From contig LXFE01002711.1 of the NCBI GenBank assembly GCA_001929475.1, forward strand, positions 1 to 51,559: 51,559 nucleotides of DNA, written 5' to 3'. A program made the translations under genes and the position numbers. Under the pieces are notes generated by a model. It did not search any database. It was not told the origin of the DNA and saw only the letters and a list, made by a program, of their open reading frames with translations. The stretch's first letter is position 1, and every line of letters begins with the position of its first letter. This document shows, piece after piece, positions 1-13,007 of the stretch. The stretch comes from Neolecta irregularis DAH-3. Lineage: Eukaryota.

Positions 1-481
1 GTTGACCTGATATGTACCAATTGCCATCCCCATTGAAATACAATTGGTTACCATGTTCTGAAAACCTGTCAATGGGGGTTTGCGAAAATTGATATTTCCA
101 TTTATGTCGACTTTTGCACATTGATCTGTTTTGTCAAGACATAATTTTCTTTCAACGATAGAAAAGTGTGGCCCAGCTGACAGGGTATCCATAGAGTATC
201 TGAGAAAACCGTGTTCATCAATCTCAAGATTGTAGGCGTTATACTGAAGGGTAATGAAGAGGAAATGATCAGAATCGACAGCAGTACGAATAGAATTGGC
301 GGTCTTAGAATGAGCGACACTGACGAGGAGAGCGAGGATGAATTTTATTGCAAGCATAAAACTCAAATGGGCGAAATGGGGGATATTTATATTGGGTCAA
401 ACCCCTAGAATTCAAATTAGGCAATTGTACTCAAATTACAATTGAGATGATGAATGCTTGCTCAACAAAACATGTTTGATC

Positions 482-1326
482 CAGTGTTAGCAATGGGCTG
501 AAGCTCAGGGGCTTATCAGAGGGTCAGGCCCGGCCCATGGGCCCTAGCTATAGAGGAAGCAACCGGGCGAGGCAGGTGAGGGCGTGCAGGCGTTGGGCAA
601 AGAAGCCTTGCAGGCCGCGCAGTGTTGGGGCCGGGCCGTGGGCTTAGCCCGGCCCATGAAAAGCCCGCGGGCTTAGCCCATGGGCCCAGCAAAAAACCAA
701 ACGGGCTTTTCACGTGATATTCTATTTAGGACAGTCCTTCCCCTCCACTGCATCAACCCATCCGCTTTCCTACCCGCCTTGCCTGCCTGCCTCGTCTCGC
801 TCGCCTCGCCAGCCATTGTCTCCAGCCTCTATACCCAACACCAGCATCTGCAGACTTGGACACAACCATGGACAGAATAGATATCTCTTCATCTATGGTC
901 AGTCATGAAATACGTCCCAGTAGATCATAACTAGACCCCCTATCGTATATTCTACTGCAAGAGTACTCGGTGCGCGACAACACGCTCGCCCGCCGCCTGA
1001 ACCTATGCGCTGCCCCACTACCACCTGCCCTCCTCCAACCCATCCTCAGTCTCATCCTGTGTTATGTCGTTGCCCCTGGTGTAGCGGGCGTCGAGGGCGT
1101 CGGAACAAGTTAAGGTTAGTAGTCTTGGGGGGATAATAGTAGTCGTGAGCGTGGGAGTGGGTGAGCAGTTGGGAGTAGTACTGGAGCAACTGTGACTGAC
1201 AAAATGGAAGGGAGAAGACGGCGTAAGGCAGCAGGGCGAGGTAGATGGAAGGGCACGGAAGAATACATATTAATACAATTGTTCATATTATCCAAGGTCA
1301 GGTTATATGGCCCATTGCCAACATTG
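482..1326. mobile_element. Degenerate non-autonomous DNA transposon (hAT/MITE-like)
   Basis: 17-bp imperfect terminal inverted repeats: CAGTGTTAGCAATGGGC (482-498) vs GCCCATTGCCAACATTG (1310-1326), 15/17 match. GC-rich subterminal repeats GCCCGGCCCATG (528-539, 647-658) and GGGCTTAGCCC (640-650, 669-679). No transposase ORF and no target-site duplication found. Confidence 0.5.
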
Positions 1327-1572
1327 CTCACATTGTCTTGATGGAAGTCGGATCTGGGGTTTGCATGAAATTGAGTAACGCCTCAATTCGTTCAGTTTAA
1401 TCCCAATCAACATATCTTTCGTGGGAACTTCGAGGACCGCATCTATATGACTAAAGGACTAGACCTCCAAAATCAAATAGCAGATCAACAGGGAGCTTCG
1501 TCATCACAAAGCTAGACATCTCCTTCGTATGAATATAACTATTACATGCACCATTGGCGAAATATCAATCAT

Positions 1573-3201
<1,629 letters not shown>

Positions 3202-3312
3202 TTCGTCTTTAAGCGGCGAGAAGCAGTGCACGAATCAAAAAAGCGAGAAATTCCTGTGATGCGTGATTGTTGTTGAAATGGAGGTCAAATAAATAGATCC
3301 ATCATCTACACT

Positions 3313-3802
3313 ATGACTGCAACGGCAGTCAACGAAAAACTAGCAACATGCGCACAGGAATATCAGAAACTGCAGCAGGATCTTTCTGGAGCCATCGATA
3401 GTCTACGGACATTGCAGTCACAACTAACAGAGAATCAAAACGTTCAAACCGTAAATTGACCTCTATGGATTTTCTTTGAATGTCCCAGGAATTTGATCGT
3501 CTTGAGGAAGGAGCAAATATTTACAAACTGGAGAGCTCAGTGCTTCGTAAGAAAGACGCTGCGGATGCCAAAATGGAAGTGATCAGCCGGATCAGTTTTC
3601 TCAAACAACAAATGTTTGCTTCGCCGTTGTACGTTTGGTACTGATCTCTGAGTGAGGGTCTGGAGAAGGACATTCAGGCGAAACAAGGAAAAGTGAAAGA
3701 GAAACAGAATCAGGTTTGCATTTGCTATAGCGACATCGCCAACATTCTCAGTTGGCCCAGTTGCAGATCCAAGTCCAATCTCATCAACATCCTCAAAAGT
3801 GA
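3313..3802 (+). CDS. YKE2: Prefoldin subunit 6 (4 exons; absent from the ORF track)
   Basis: Spliced translation MTATAVNEKLATCAQEYQKLQQDLSGAIDSLRTLQSQLTENQNVQT|EFDRLEEGANIYKLESSVLRKKDAADAKMEVISRISFLKQQI|EGLEKDIQAKQGKVKEKQNQ|LAQLQIQVQSHQHPQK*, matching the PFDN6 pattern QLxENxxVxxEF...IYKL. Confidence 0.88.
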
Positions 3803-3877
3803 AGCAAGATACTACCTTATACAAACGCTTGTACGTGCATGCATGGCTTGAAATGGAGACTCTATTCCAGCAAAGAC

Positions 3878-4651
3878 TCATTTCCCAGACCTTTTCTTTT
3901 TCCGAGATCTCGATTTCGATTTTGACATTTCCCCATTCTTCTTAGGAGATACAACGGTTAACACTTCATCAGCTTCCAAAACATTTTCTGAAAGGTGGTT
4001 TGATTTGATTTTTTTGCAAAGTGGTTCTTCGCCCATTGAACCTGTATCCCCTTCTCCAAAACCGATTGGCGTATACCGAATGCGCATGTTATCTGGTTGA
4101 ATCATTGGGATTCGAGCTGCTGTCAGATCATCCGGTACACATCTAGGCGGCAATGTGAAACTTTCAGATATGTAAATCCTTCTCGAAAACATGGCTTCTT
4201 TAGCTACTTGGTAAACAGAAATTTCACAATGCCTGAAACCGTACAAAGTTTGAATTTTCCCGGTTTCGTCTCTGAGGGAACGACCAATCTTGAGCAAACT
4301 CCTTCCTGATTTCCAATATCGTCACGTAGAGAGTATGTTTTGTTATTCGGAAGAGTGATTTCAGTATGACCTTTACGCATCAAAGAAATTGGAATGGACT
4401 GAATCAAATGTGTAGGGGTTTTCGCTGGCGCTCGAATCAACCAAAGGTCTTTCCCGTCTAGCTCCCTCTTGCTGAATATATTTTCTGCTACGTTGATAGC
4501 TTTGTAACCCGATGGGACACGTTTAGATAGATGAGCCTCTACACTGTTCAACATTAGAAGCAAAATCAGGATATATTTACTTATTGTCACAAATCTGCTC
4601 ACCTGATTGGGAAGCTTGTTTCTGAGCTGTACTATATGAGTTTTCGCCCAT
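3878..4651 (-). CDS. RPA34: RNA polymerase I subunit Rpa34.5-like
   Basis: VPSGYK...DLWLIRAPA motif; QPDNMRIRYTPIGF motif; Lys-rich C-terminal tail. Start inferred at ATG 4651 with a short first exon. Confidence 0.75.
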
Positions 4652-4701
4652 TTATTCGTTCGAGTAGTGGCTAAAGAAATATTTACTCTGCGATTAATTG
4701 T

Positions 4702-4712
4702 TAACCCTAACC
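4702..4712. promoter_or_regulatory. Telomere-like (telobox/AACCCT) motif in the RPA34-GRC3 divergent promoter
   Basis: TAACCCTAACC lies centrally in the 96-bp gap between two divergent ATGs. Confidence 0.35.
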
Positions 4713-4747
4713 ACCTTTGATAACCATCTTTTGAGATTTCACTAATA

Positions 4748-6881
4748 ATGAGTGAAAGTCCTCGAAAAAGACTCAAGACTGAACAACAGGAGAAAAAGTC
4801 TGGTGAAATTTTGACCTTGTTCTAAAAATTCTAATCGGCAGTTCCCATGAGTGCCTTTGCTGCGTTTCTCTCCGTAGAAGATCACCAAAATTCTTTTCAC
4901 GCTTTGGAAGATTTGCAAGAATCAACTTCAGATAAAGAAATCCAAGTCATTTGCGAACCAACGATTCAGGATGAAGAATCCACAAGTGATAGAACACAAA
5001 CTTCTCAAAATCAACCCTTGCCATTGCAATCCTCGGGCAATAATATATCTCCGATTAAAGAAGATCCGGAAGTTCTTGTCAACCGCTTTTATGCTGATGT
5101 ACTCGGAAGATCTGTTCACATAGAAAACATGCAGGTCAGCGTGACTGGATTGAAGACTGGTGACGTGAGTTGTTCATGCTGATCAGTCTTGTTTGAACAA
5201 ATAGTGTCTATGTTTACACGGTATATATCAGCTCACTTGCATTAAAGGATCCCTCGAGATTCTTGGCTATCATATCGATGCTCAACCAGGAAATCAGTGG
5301 CATACTGTTTACGCACCATCAACGCATTCTCTTCCTGTAATCATCACGCATGAGACTTCCTCCAATCATATTTATACAGAGATATATAACGAACTCCAAA
5401 ACTCGGGCAAAATTAGTGATTTAGAAATGTACGACACCCTCGTTGGCATTCGCTCGCTGAAGAGTAACTTATTGAACCTGCAAAATGTATATCCACCAGC
5501 ACGACACATATGGGGTCCACAAGATCGATTACCACCATCGATGAATAAATTCCCTTGTGTTCCGGTATCAGATTTTTCATTCTCCACATTCTAAAATTCT
5601 TAGATCAATACTAAAACACCTCCAATTTCGATCATGTTGTATCCGGACTCGTGGAAGACCATTGTAGATCATGTTCTGTCTCATGTGCGAAAACCAAGCA
5701 TCCAAAAAGTTCTGATATGCGGCCCTAAATCAGTCGGGAAATCATCCTTTGCTAAATACCTCATCAATCGCTTCGTCAGTTCTTTTCAAAAATCAAAAGC
5801 TCATTTTCTTGATCTTGATCCTGGACAACCTGAATTTGGACCAGCTGGGATGATTTCTCTCCACGCAATCTCCGATGCAATACTTGGTCCACCGTTTTCC
5901 TATCCTCAGTCACCGAATTTAATACAGGCTCACGATATCGGGGACACATCTCCGCAAGATAATCCAGAGCATTATGTAGCTTGTGTTCAGGGTCTTTACG
6001 GGATAACATGCACTCAAAATCCGCTGGAGATACCGCTGATAATCAATACGCTCGGCTGGATTAAAGGACAAGGGGTTGAAATTTTAGCAGATCTCATAAA
6101 TTCAATCGAACCAACACACATAGTTTACCTTGGTCCTCAGCTGGAGGCAATGTCGTCTGAGATTGCTCGCCTTCTTCTAGGAGATCCGCGTTTAGTCATC
6201 TTAACGTCAGCTTCAGAACTCAACAATTTGACATACTCATCACCTACAGTCTCGCCTTCGGAACTGCGAACACTTTCGACTATGTCTTACTTTCATTCAG
6301 CACCAACACCGGGCGTAGAAAACTGTAATTTCTCGCCACTAGTGGGACATAGTCCTTGGATTGCGTCATATGAAGGAGAGTTTGCCGGTGTCGATGCCAT
6401 CGCGATTTTTGGGAGTATTGTAGATAGCGACAATGTTGCGATGGTAATTAACGCATCCATCGTGGCTATCGTCATTTACACACCTTCCGATAGGACTATT
6501 TGGGAGAATGGAATCGTACCCACCCCTGAAGGATTACCGTATCTCAACCTGCATGGACAATATCTCGATCCAAAGAATTCTCAATGTATAGGCTATGCGA
6601 TCGTCCGGGGTATCAACGTAAAAACCAAGGAGTTGGAGTTGTTATCTCCAATCGATCCCGCTCTTTTAGAGACTGAAGATGATTCTAAACTCATCCTTCT
6701 CCGTGGTAAGCTTGAGTTGCCAGTATGGGCCTTTCTAGAAGGGTCATCGAACATTATCGCTGGACGATCTTGGAACGATGCTCCTTATCTGACAACCGAG
6801 CCTGAGAAAGGTGCTGGCAGTCAATTTAGCAAGTCACGGAGAAACATTTCACGGAGGAGCGCTGGTGTAGATATATATTAA
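4748..6881 (+). CDS. GRC3: Polynucleotide 5'-hydroxyl kinase Grc3/Nol9
   Basis: Clp1-family P-loop ICGPKSVGKSSF; LDLDPGQPEFGP; PLIINTLGWIKGQG; N-terminal MSAFAAF motif. Confidence 0.93.
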
Positions 6882-6937
6882 TACTATCATTTCATTCTAT
6901 AGTTCTTATCTCAAAAACCGGACATTTTGAACAAATA

Positions 6938-8827
6938 TTATCCCATAATTTCCAACTTATGTGCAATGGTGAAGGGAGCACTAGTCTTTTCCTTAATTTC
7001 TTCGACAGTGATGCCTTTGGCAATCTCGATCAAGTGAAGACCTTTGTTGGAATGAACATCAAATACGCACTACTCGTATCAGCATGTGATAGATATGCCA
7101 AGCATCTTACAAGATCAGTAATGATTCTCGAGACACAGCGCGGTCCGGTCAATGGGAAGCTACATTCTTCAAGTAAGACTTACTCATTGTGGAAATTTTA
7201 TACCTTCGAGGATCTTGGGCCCTCCCATCCTATCGACATGTTCCATTGTAATAACAACTTTTGTTTGCTGAGGGTTTGCAACAAGATCCATAGCTCCACC
7301 CATGCCCTTAATCTTGCCAGGAAGCATGAAATTAGCCTGAGTTAGCAATGGGACACCCGATGACGAACCAAATCACCATACTGACTAACCTGCATCGCTC
7401 CGAGTATGGTCAAGTCAATTTTACCAGCTCGGATCATTCCAAAACTTTCCTCAGATCCGAAGGTAGAAGAGCCTGGCTTCAAGGTAACGGTCTCTTTCCC
7501 AGCGTTAATAAGATCCGCATCTTCCTGGCCTTTCTGCGGGTACGGACCAAGTCCAAGGATACCGTTCTCAGATTGTAATGTCACTTTAACTGATGGTGGT
7601 AGGAAAGACGGCGCCATCATTGGCATACCGATCTACTGTCAACATACTGCTGAAGCAGAATAACTTTCTCCAAGATTTGCATACATCTTAACATTAGCGA
7701 CAGTGAAGAATCACAGAAGTGTACTCCGTCCTTGAACTCCTTTGCAGCTCGCTTCACGATCCTTTCTCGTTTCGCCGTTGCTTCTCCACTTCCAGCATCA
7801 AGCATTTCTGCTGGGTCTTTTGCGAAAGTATATTTTTCAAAAGTCTTTGCTGCAGTAGATTGAACAAGTCGAGAGACATATATTCCTGGTAGATGAATAG
7901 CTGTTGGTTCAATTTCGCCCGGTTCAACAATATGTTCTGCTTCGACAATGGTTACTTTTGCATTTCGTCCCATAGCACCTTACCCTGTCAGATTATGGAA
8001 ATCAAATATCACTACCATTGAAATTGTTTGCTGCGTATCTGAACACACAATTTCCAAATTTGTCGGCTTTATAGGCTTTGATAAACGCAAAGTCTCCCTT
8101 AATTGCCTCTTCCATAATATATCGTCGACCATTGAATATTCGTTCTTCTTTGGGTTGAGATTTTACTGCTACAGATCCGTCTTTGTTAAATCGAACAGGA
8201 AGATCACCGGTTTGGACTCGGTATCAATCGAATTGAAACTGATATAGAAAGGTACCGACAGTTCCAACCCCCGCAGGAGTGTAGAAAGCAGGAATACCTA
8301 CGCCTCCAGCACGACACCTTTCCGCTAGGGTTCCCTGCGGCGTCAATTCAAGCTCCAGTTCCCCAGAGAGATAAAGCTTTTCGAATGTTTTATTTTCCCC
8401 CACGTATGATGCAATCATTTTATTGACTTGACCGGTCTTCAAAAGAATACCTATTTATCATTTATCGCTGTCGAAATATGGAGATTACCCAGCCCAACAT
8501 CATCTATACCAGCATTGTTCGACACTGCAGTCAAGCCCGTTACTTCAGGCCGTTCTTTTAGCGCATTGATCAATGTACCTGTAAAGAATCAATTGAAGAC
8601 CGGGAAAGATCTTTCAAACCAGGGACTCCGCACAATCCGAACCCTCCGCAAAGAAGAATGGAGTTACTGGGTATATCTTTGATAGCTTCGTGGGCTGACG
8701 AGCATAGTTGGACATTTTCTCTATTCCAATGACTCCCAGAGAAGTTCCGCGTGAACAAAGGCGATAGTCTTAGGACGGTCTTATTTCCTCTAAATGACAG
8801 GATTCGTAAGGTATGAATAATGGGCAT
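6938..8827 (-). CDS. OXCT1: Mitochondrial succinyl-CoA:3-ketoacid CoA transferase (SCOT)
   Basis: [38 protein letters not shown]; catalytic [18 protein letters not shown]-terminal presequence-like [14 protein letters not shown]. Confidence 0.95.
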
Positions 8828-8937
8828 GGCCAACCCCAATACTAGGAAATATTTTGGGAGTAAATGCGGGGAATTTATTCAACAATTAAATATCGAAGTG
8901 GAAGTATTCGATACACTAGTATATTTACATGCAATTT

Positions 8938-10983
8938 TCAACTCAAGTGAATAACAATCTGGGCAGCAAGATATGCAGGCAAAAAAACACAAAAGTATAC
9001 TATGCCGCTTAGCCCATAAGTAGCCTGCTCGACGATATGTGTAGGTACTTCAACAAACTTATTGGCACCAGCCAGTAGAACGACCATCGATAAAGGGCTT
9101 AGTAGACGAATTACAGTAGATGTTAGAGTGCGCTCCCAGCCAGGTCGGGTGGGTTTCACGAGTAGAAATGAGGCAGCAAGGACGCCATTCGTCAGAGCTA
9201 GTGGAAAATTAAGTGTCGAAAGCGTGGAAAGACACATTCCAGTTGCAAAGTGAGAAAATGTTTTGATAAATAGAGCCGTCTCATGAATAACAGGTGCGTA
9301 TTGTCGGATGTGCCGTATGCTTGAAGGAATTATAAGGTTTTCGATAACAGCGAATACGATGCCAAAACAATAAAGAGACTATTCTTGTTAGGAAAATTAA
9401 TCCAACAATCCTGTTACTTTGAAATTTGCTCGCACGGCCCAAGGAATCATTGCTCTACACGATGCTAGGGCTGAGAAGCCTACAAAGTGCAGAATTACCA
9501 CCGTTCCTAGTGCAAATTGAACATCGGTGAAAAGACATGCTGGTTCCTCCTTACTGGCATCAGGTGCCCTCTCTATCACAGTTGTGCTGATTTTGGGAGG
9601 CTTCTTAGGACTTCGTCGGAAACTCTCCATCCACATCCCAATTGCAGTGACTGTGAAGCTGGCAGCAATAAGCATAGCGGATGGCAAACAAGTGGCAATC
9701 GATGCGAATCTATTTGTGGATATCATCAAGTAGAAAAAGAATGCATGATGTAACCGTTCCATAAGATTGTTAAGACTCCGGGTAAGAGATTCGATGGTTC
9801 TAGAGGCATTAATATGTGCACTTAGTCAAATGAAACACCTTCCGAGCTGGATATCATCTAGTCTTCCGTTTTCGTTGGGGACCACTTCGATTGTAATGGC
9901 ATCAATCTTAAACTCGACAAACATTCCGTGATAACTCGGCAATCCTAGTCCTTGAGTGGCCATTCCACGTACAACCGTTCGAAGACGCTCTTGGTAGGTC
10001 TCGCCTCTACTACTACCATTGGCAAAGTCTACATCAGCACCTATATCAACATTTGCGCAAACTACAGCAGCGTTGACAAGATCAAGATTAGGCAGCTGTC
10101 CATTATTTCCATCATAATGAATGACGATTGAATCGAATCGATGAGATGTAGATGCATATTCCAGAATAACTGCTTCTTGTATAGCACCAGCTTTGGATTG
10201 AAGGGATGTAACAGATGTAGTGTCGTGAATTTCATGATATGCATCTAGCCAAGCTCGAGGACCAGCCAAATTGTCTTCTGTAATCAGAAACACAATATCC
10301 TTGGACCAAATCGACCACCCTAGAGTTTAATTGGGAAAAATAAACAATATATCGCTTTTACTTTCGAAATAACGAGCTAATGTCATTAATAACGCAATTC
10401 CACCCTCGTTCACTAAAGGTCAGTCCACTTCAATCAGATCGACCTTGCAGTCCCCTCGCGAATTCCTGTACGGTGCTGCCAGGATAATTGCCTCTGTTGC
10501 ATCACCACGAGGAGCTCTTAGTATTCCGTGGAGGTTGGTTCCATTGTAATGTCTCCCTGCAAGCTGGAGATCGTAGCTCTGTCTCGAAGGTTTGAGTCCA
10601 GCAATCTTCATCATATCTTCGACTTGATATGCAGTTCTGGGTTATTAGCATAATCATGCAAGATAACATGCTCCGCCAGAGTCCAGTCTCCCCACGAGGA
10701 AATTTCTTCACGATAGGCATTCAAGACTAACTCCTCGCTTCCTCCGAAATAGGTATGCACTTGTCCCGGAAGTAGGGCGTTTTCGTCAATGTAAGTTCTC
10801 TGATTGACTTTTTCGAGGGGCAGCAAAAGTAACCAACCAACACCAAGGAGTACAAGCAAGATCCTAGAGCCTATCAGCTTAACATGAAGATAGCACGAAC
10901 CTAAGGGACGAATAATATCGAAGGTACTGTTGTACAAATAACTCTCCGTGTTTATGGAGAGCTATGGAATTACCCAAAGCCAT
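8938..10983 (-). CDS. GAA1: GPI transamidase component Gaa1
   Basis: RTYIDENALLPGQVHTYF; GTNLHGILRAPRGDATEAI; GQLPNLDLVN; ERLHHAFFFY; C-terminal transmembrane segments. Confidence 0.95.
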
Positions 10984-11117
10984 TTTGTTGTGAGTATTGT
11001 TGTAGCGTGATTGGCTTTCCGGTTCCACCCGACGTGACGGGTCGACGTTTTAATTGCGGAATCTGCCAATTAACCACTAAGTAGCAACAAACAAGACGAG
11101 TTCTTGTTTTGCACTCC

Positions 11118-12311
11118 ATGAAATTGCGGGCAAGGCATTCAAAAGGCATAGATACGCTTACTTTGCCCGACGATGCAACCGTTGCCGATTTGCTGGGTGC
11201 TATAATGTCTGTAGCGGGATCAACAGACTTTTTTGTTAAAGCAGGATACCCGCCAAAAACCATCGATGTCAGCAATGAATCGAGACAACTCGCTTCTCTG
11301 GGAATTAGACATGGAGAACAGATGATACTGGCTGAAATTCCATCTTCTACGCCCAGTGCACCTGAATTGTCAAACTCCACTAGTCAAGTAAAGCCTTTGG
11401 GCAAGCCGACCCTGAAAAAGTCCTACAGAGACCAGGACAATATGCCTCCTGAAATGGCTTTGCCAGGTATAGATTGCAATATCTGCGACATTCATTGACG
11501 ATATTCAAGATGGCCAATACCTCACTGTTCGAATTATGCCTGATGACAATTCTTGCCTGTTTAGATCCGTTTCTTACACACTTATGCCTGCTCTCGATAC
11601 CATGCATGAACTTCGTTCGCGTATTCAAATTCCATGCTTCAATCCAGCTAATGATCTGTCGTTGCCAATGTCATTCAACAGAATCCGGCAGAATTCAGCG
11701 ACGCTATACTGGGGATACCACGAGCCCGGTATTGTGAACATATCAAAAGTGATAATTCATGGGGTGGTGCTATTGAACTAGCAATCTTTGCAAGACACTT
11801 CGGCATTGAAATATGCTCTGTGGACGTTGCAACAGGAAGAATCGACCGATTTGAGTGTAATGATGTTCAGAATATTTTCTACTCACACTTCAGCTGATGG
11901 AGCAACCCAGCAATGCTATATCCTATACTCGGGCATCCATTACGGTAAAGAATGTTTCTCTTATCTGCTAATCTCAGATGCTATTGCGCTGTCGCCAATG
12001 CAAGGTGGACCTTCTGAATTCGACCAGACAGTGTTCCCTAAATCTCAAGAAGAGCTTATTCAATCTTATGCGTTGAAATTAGCCGAGGAGTTACGTAAGC
12101 GACATTATTACACGGATACAGCGAATTTTTCAGTGTGTCCATCAGTATTTCCATGTGATTTGCTGATATCTAGTTGCGTTGCAATGACTGTGGAATTGGC
12201 TTAAAAGGGCAGGTAAATGAAGCAACCTTACCTTTTCAACCTAATCTTTAGACTGAAGCTCAGGAACACGCAAAACAGACAGACCATATCCGATTTGGTG
12301 AATATAATTAG
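11118..12311 (+). CDS. OTU1: Ubiquitin thioesterase Otu1
   Basis: N-terminal UBX-like domain (KAGYPPK); catalytic MPDDNSCLF; WGGAIEL; ILYSGIHY; C-terminal zinc finger ...EAQEHAKQTDHIRFGEYN*. Confidence 0.95.
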
Positions 12312-12368
12312 AGTCTATACTACACAATGATGCCAAACTCAGTACCAAGACGTATAATGCTGTGATAT

Positions 12369-12821
12369 TCATGAAATAATAGCCTCCATCTTAATTTCAG
12401 CTGTGTGACCGAGATTCCCGTTGTCGGTTGACAATCCGATTCCTGCATCTGCCTCTCTTTGGGAATATGGTTCTTCCTGTAGAAGCTTTAATCTGTTGGG
12501 GTAAATTTTTATATCTGAGACTCTATGAACCTTCTTTTGTGAGGGTTCCCTTTCCTGTGTGTCTTTATAGCAGCGTCGGTTTCAAAATATTTTGCGCACG
12601 CAATGCAATAGTACTTTCCTAGTCCCGGAAGATCCTCGTTTAGGGGCTGATTCTCGAGCTTTTCAATCGACCCCGGCACTGTTAAATCCGCGTGGATCTG
12701 ATCCAAGTCTTGACAGGTCAGCGCTCCCTACCATAAACCGACCTTTTGCATAGTTGCGTACTCTGTACCTTGGATCGTTCCTTGCACTGTGATGCCTTCT
12801 TTTATGCCGGATTCTGCCCAT
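12369..12821 (-). CDS. BUD20: C2H2 zinc-finger ribosome biogenesis factor Bud20/ZNF593
   Basis: DLDQIHADL...EDLPGLGKYYCIACAKYF...HRKGNPHKRR|LKLLQEEPYSQREA. Confidence 0.95.
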
Positions 12822-13007
12822 GGAAATTTTCGATGAGACCCGATTCGTGACAAGGATTTTCGACACCTCGGGAAATCATCACGTGGGTTCTATAATTCCC
12901 AGCCGCCAGGCTTATGTAGACAGGTTCGTTGCGCATCAATACGCTTATTGATGATATCGTGATAGTTCAGTAGCAAATTGGAGATATAAAGTTTACGGCA
13001 CAACCGC

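Noticed and set aside
16-77. Interleaved inverted repeats ACCAATTG/CAATTGGT and CCCCATTGA/TCAATGGGG (pseudoknot-like)
   Set aside because: Short, at the window edge, with no slippery site or associated ORF; cannot be distinguished from chance.
102-1331. Short ORFs in the left-end region as transposase remnants
   Set aside because: No recognisable DDE, hAT dimerisation or reverse-transcriptase motifs; they are low-complexity translations of GC-rich repeats.
4702-4712. TAACCCTAACC as a telomerase RNA template
   Set aside because: It lies in a 96-bp gap between two protein-coding genes, leaving no room for a telomerase RNA.
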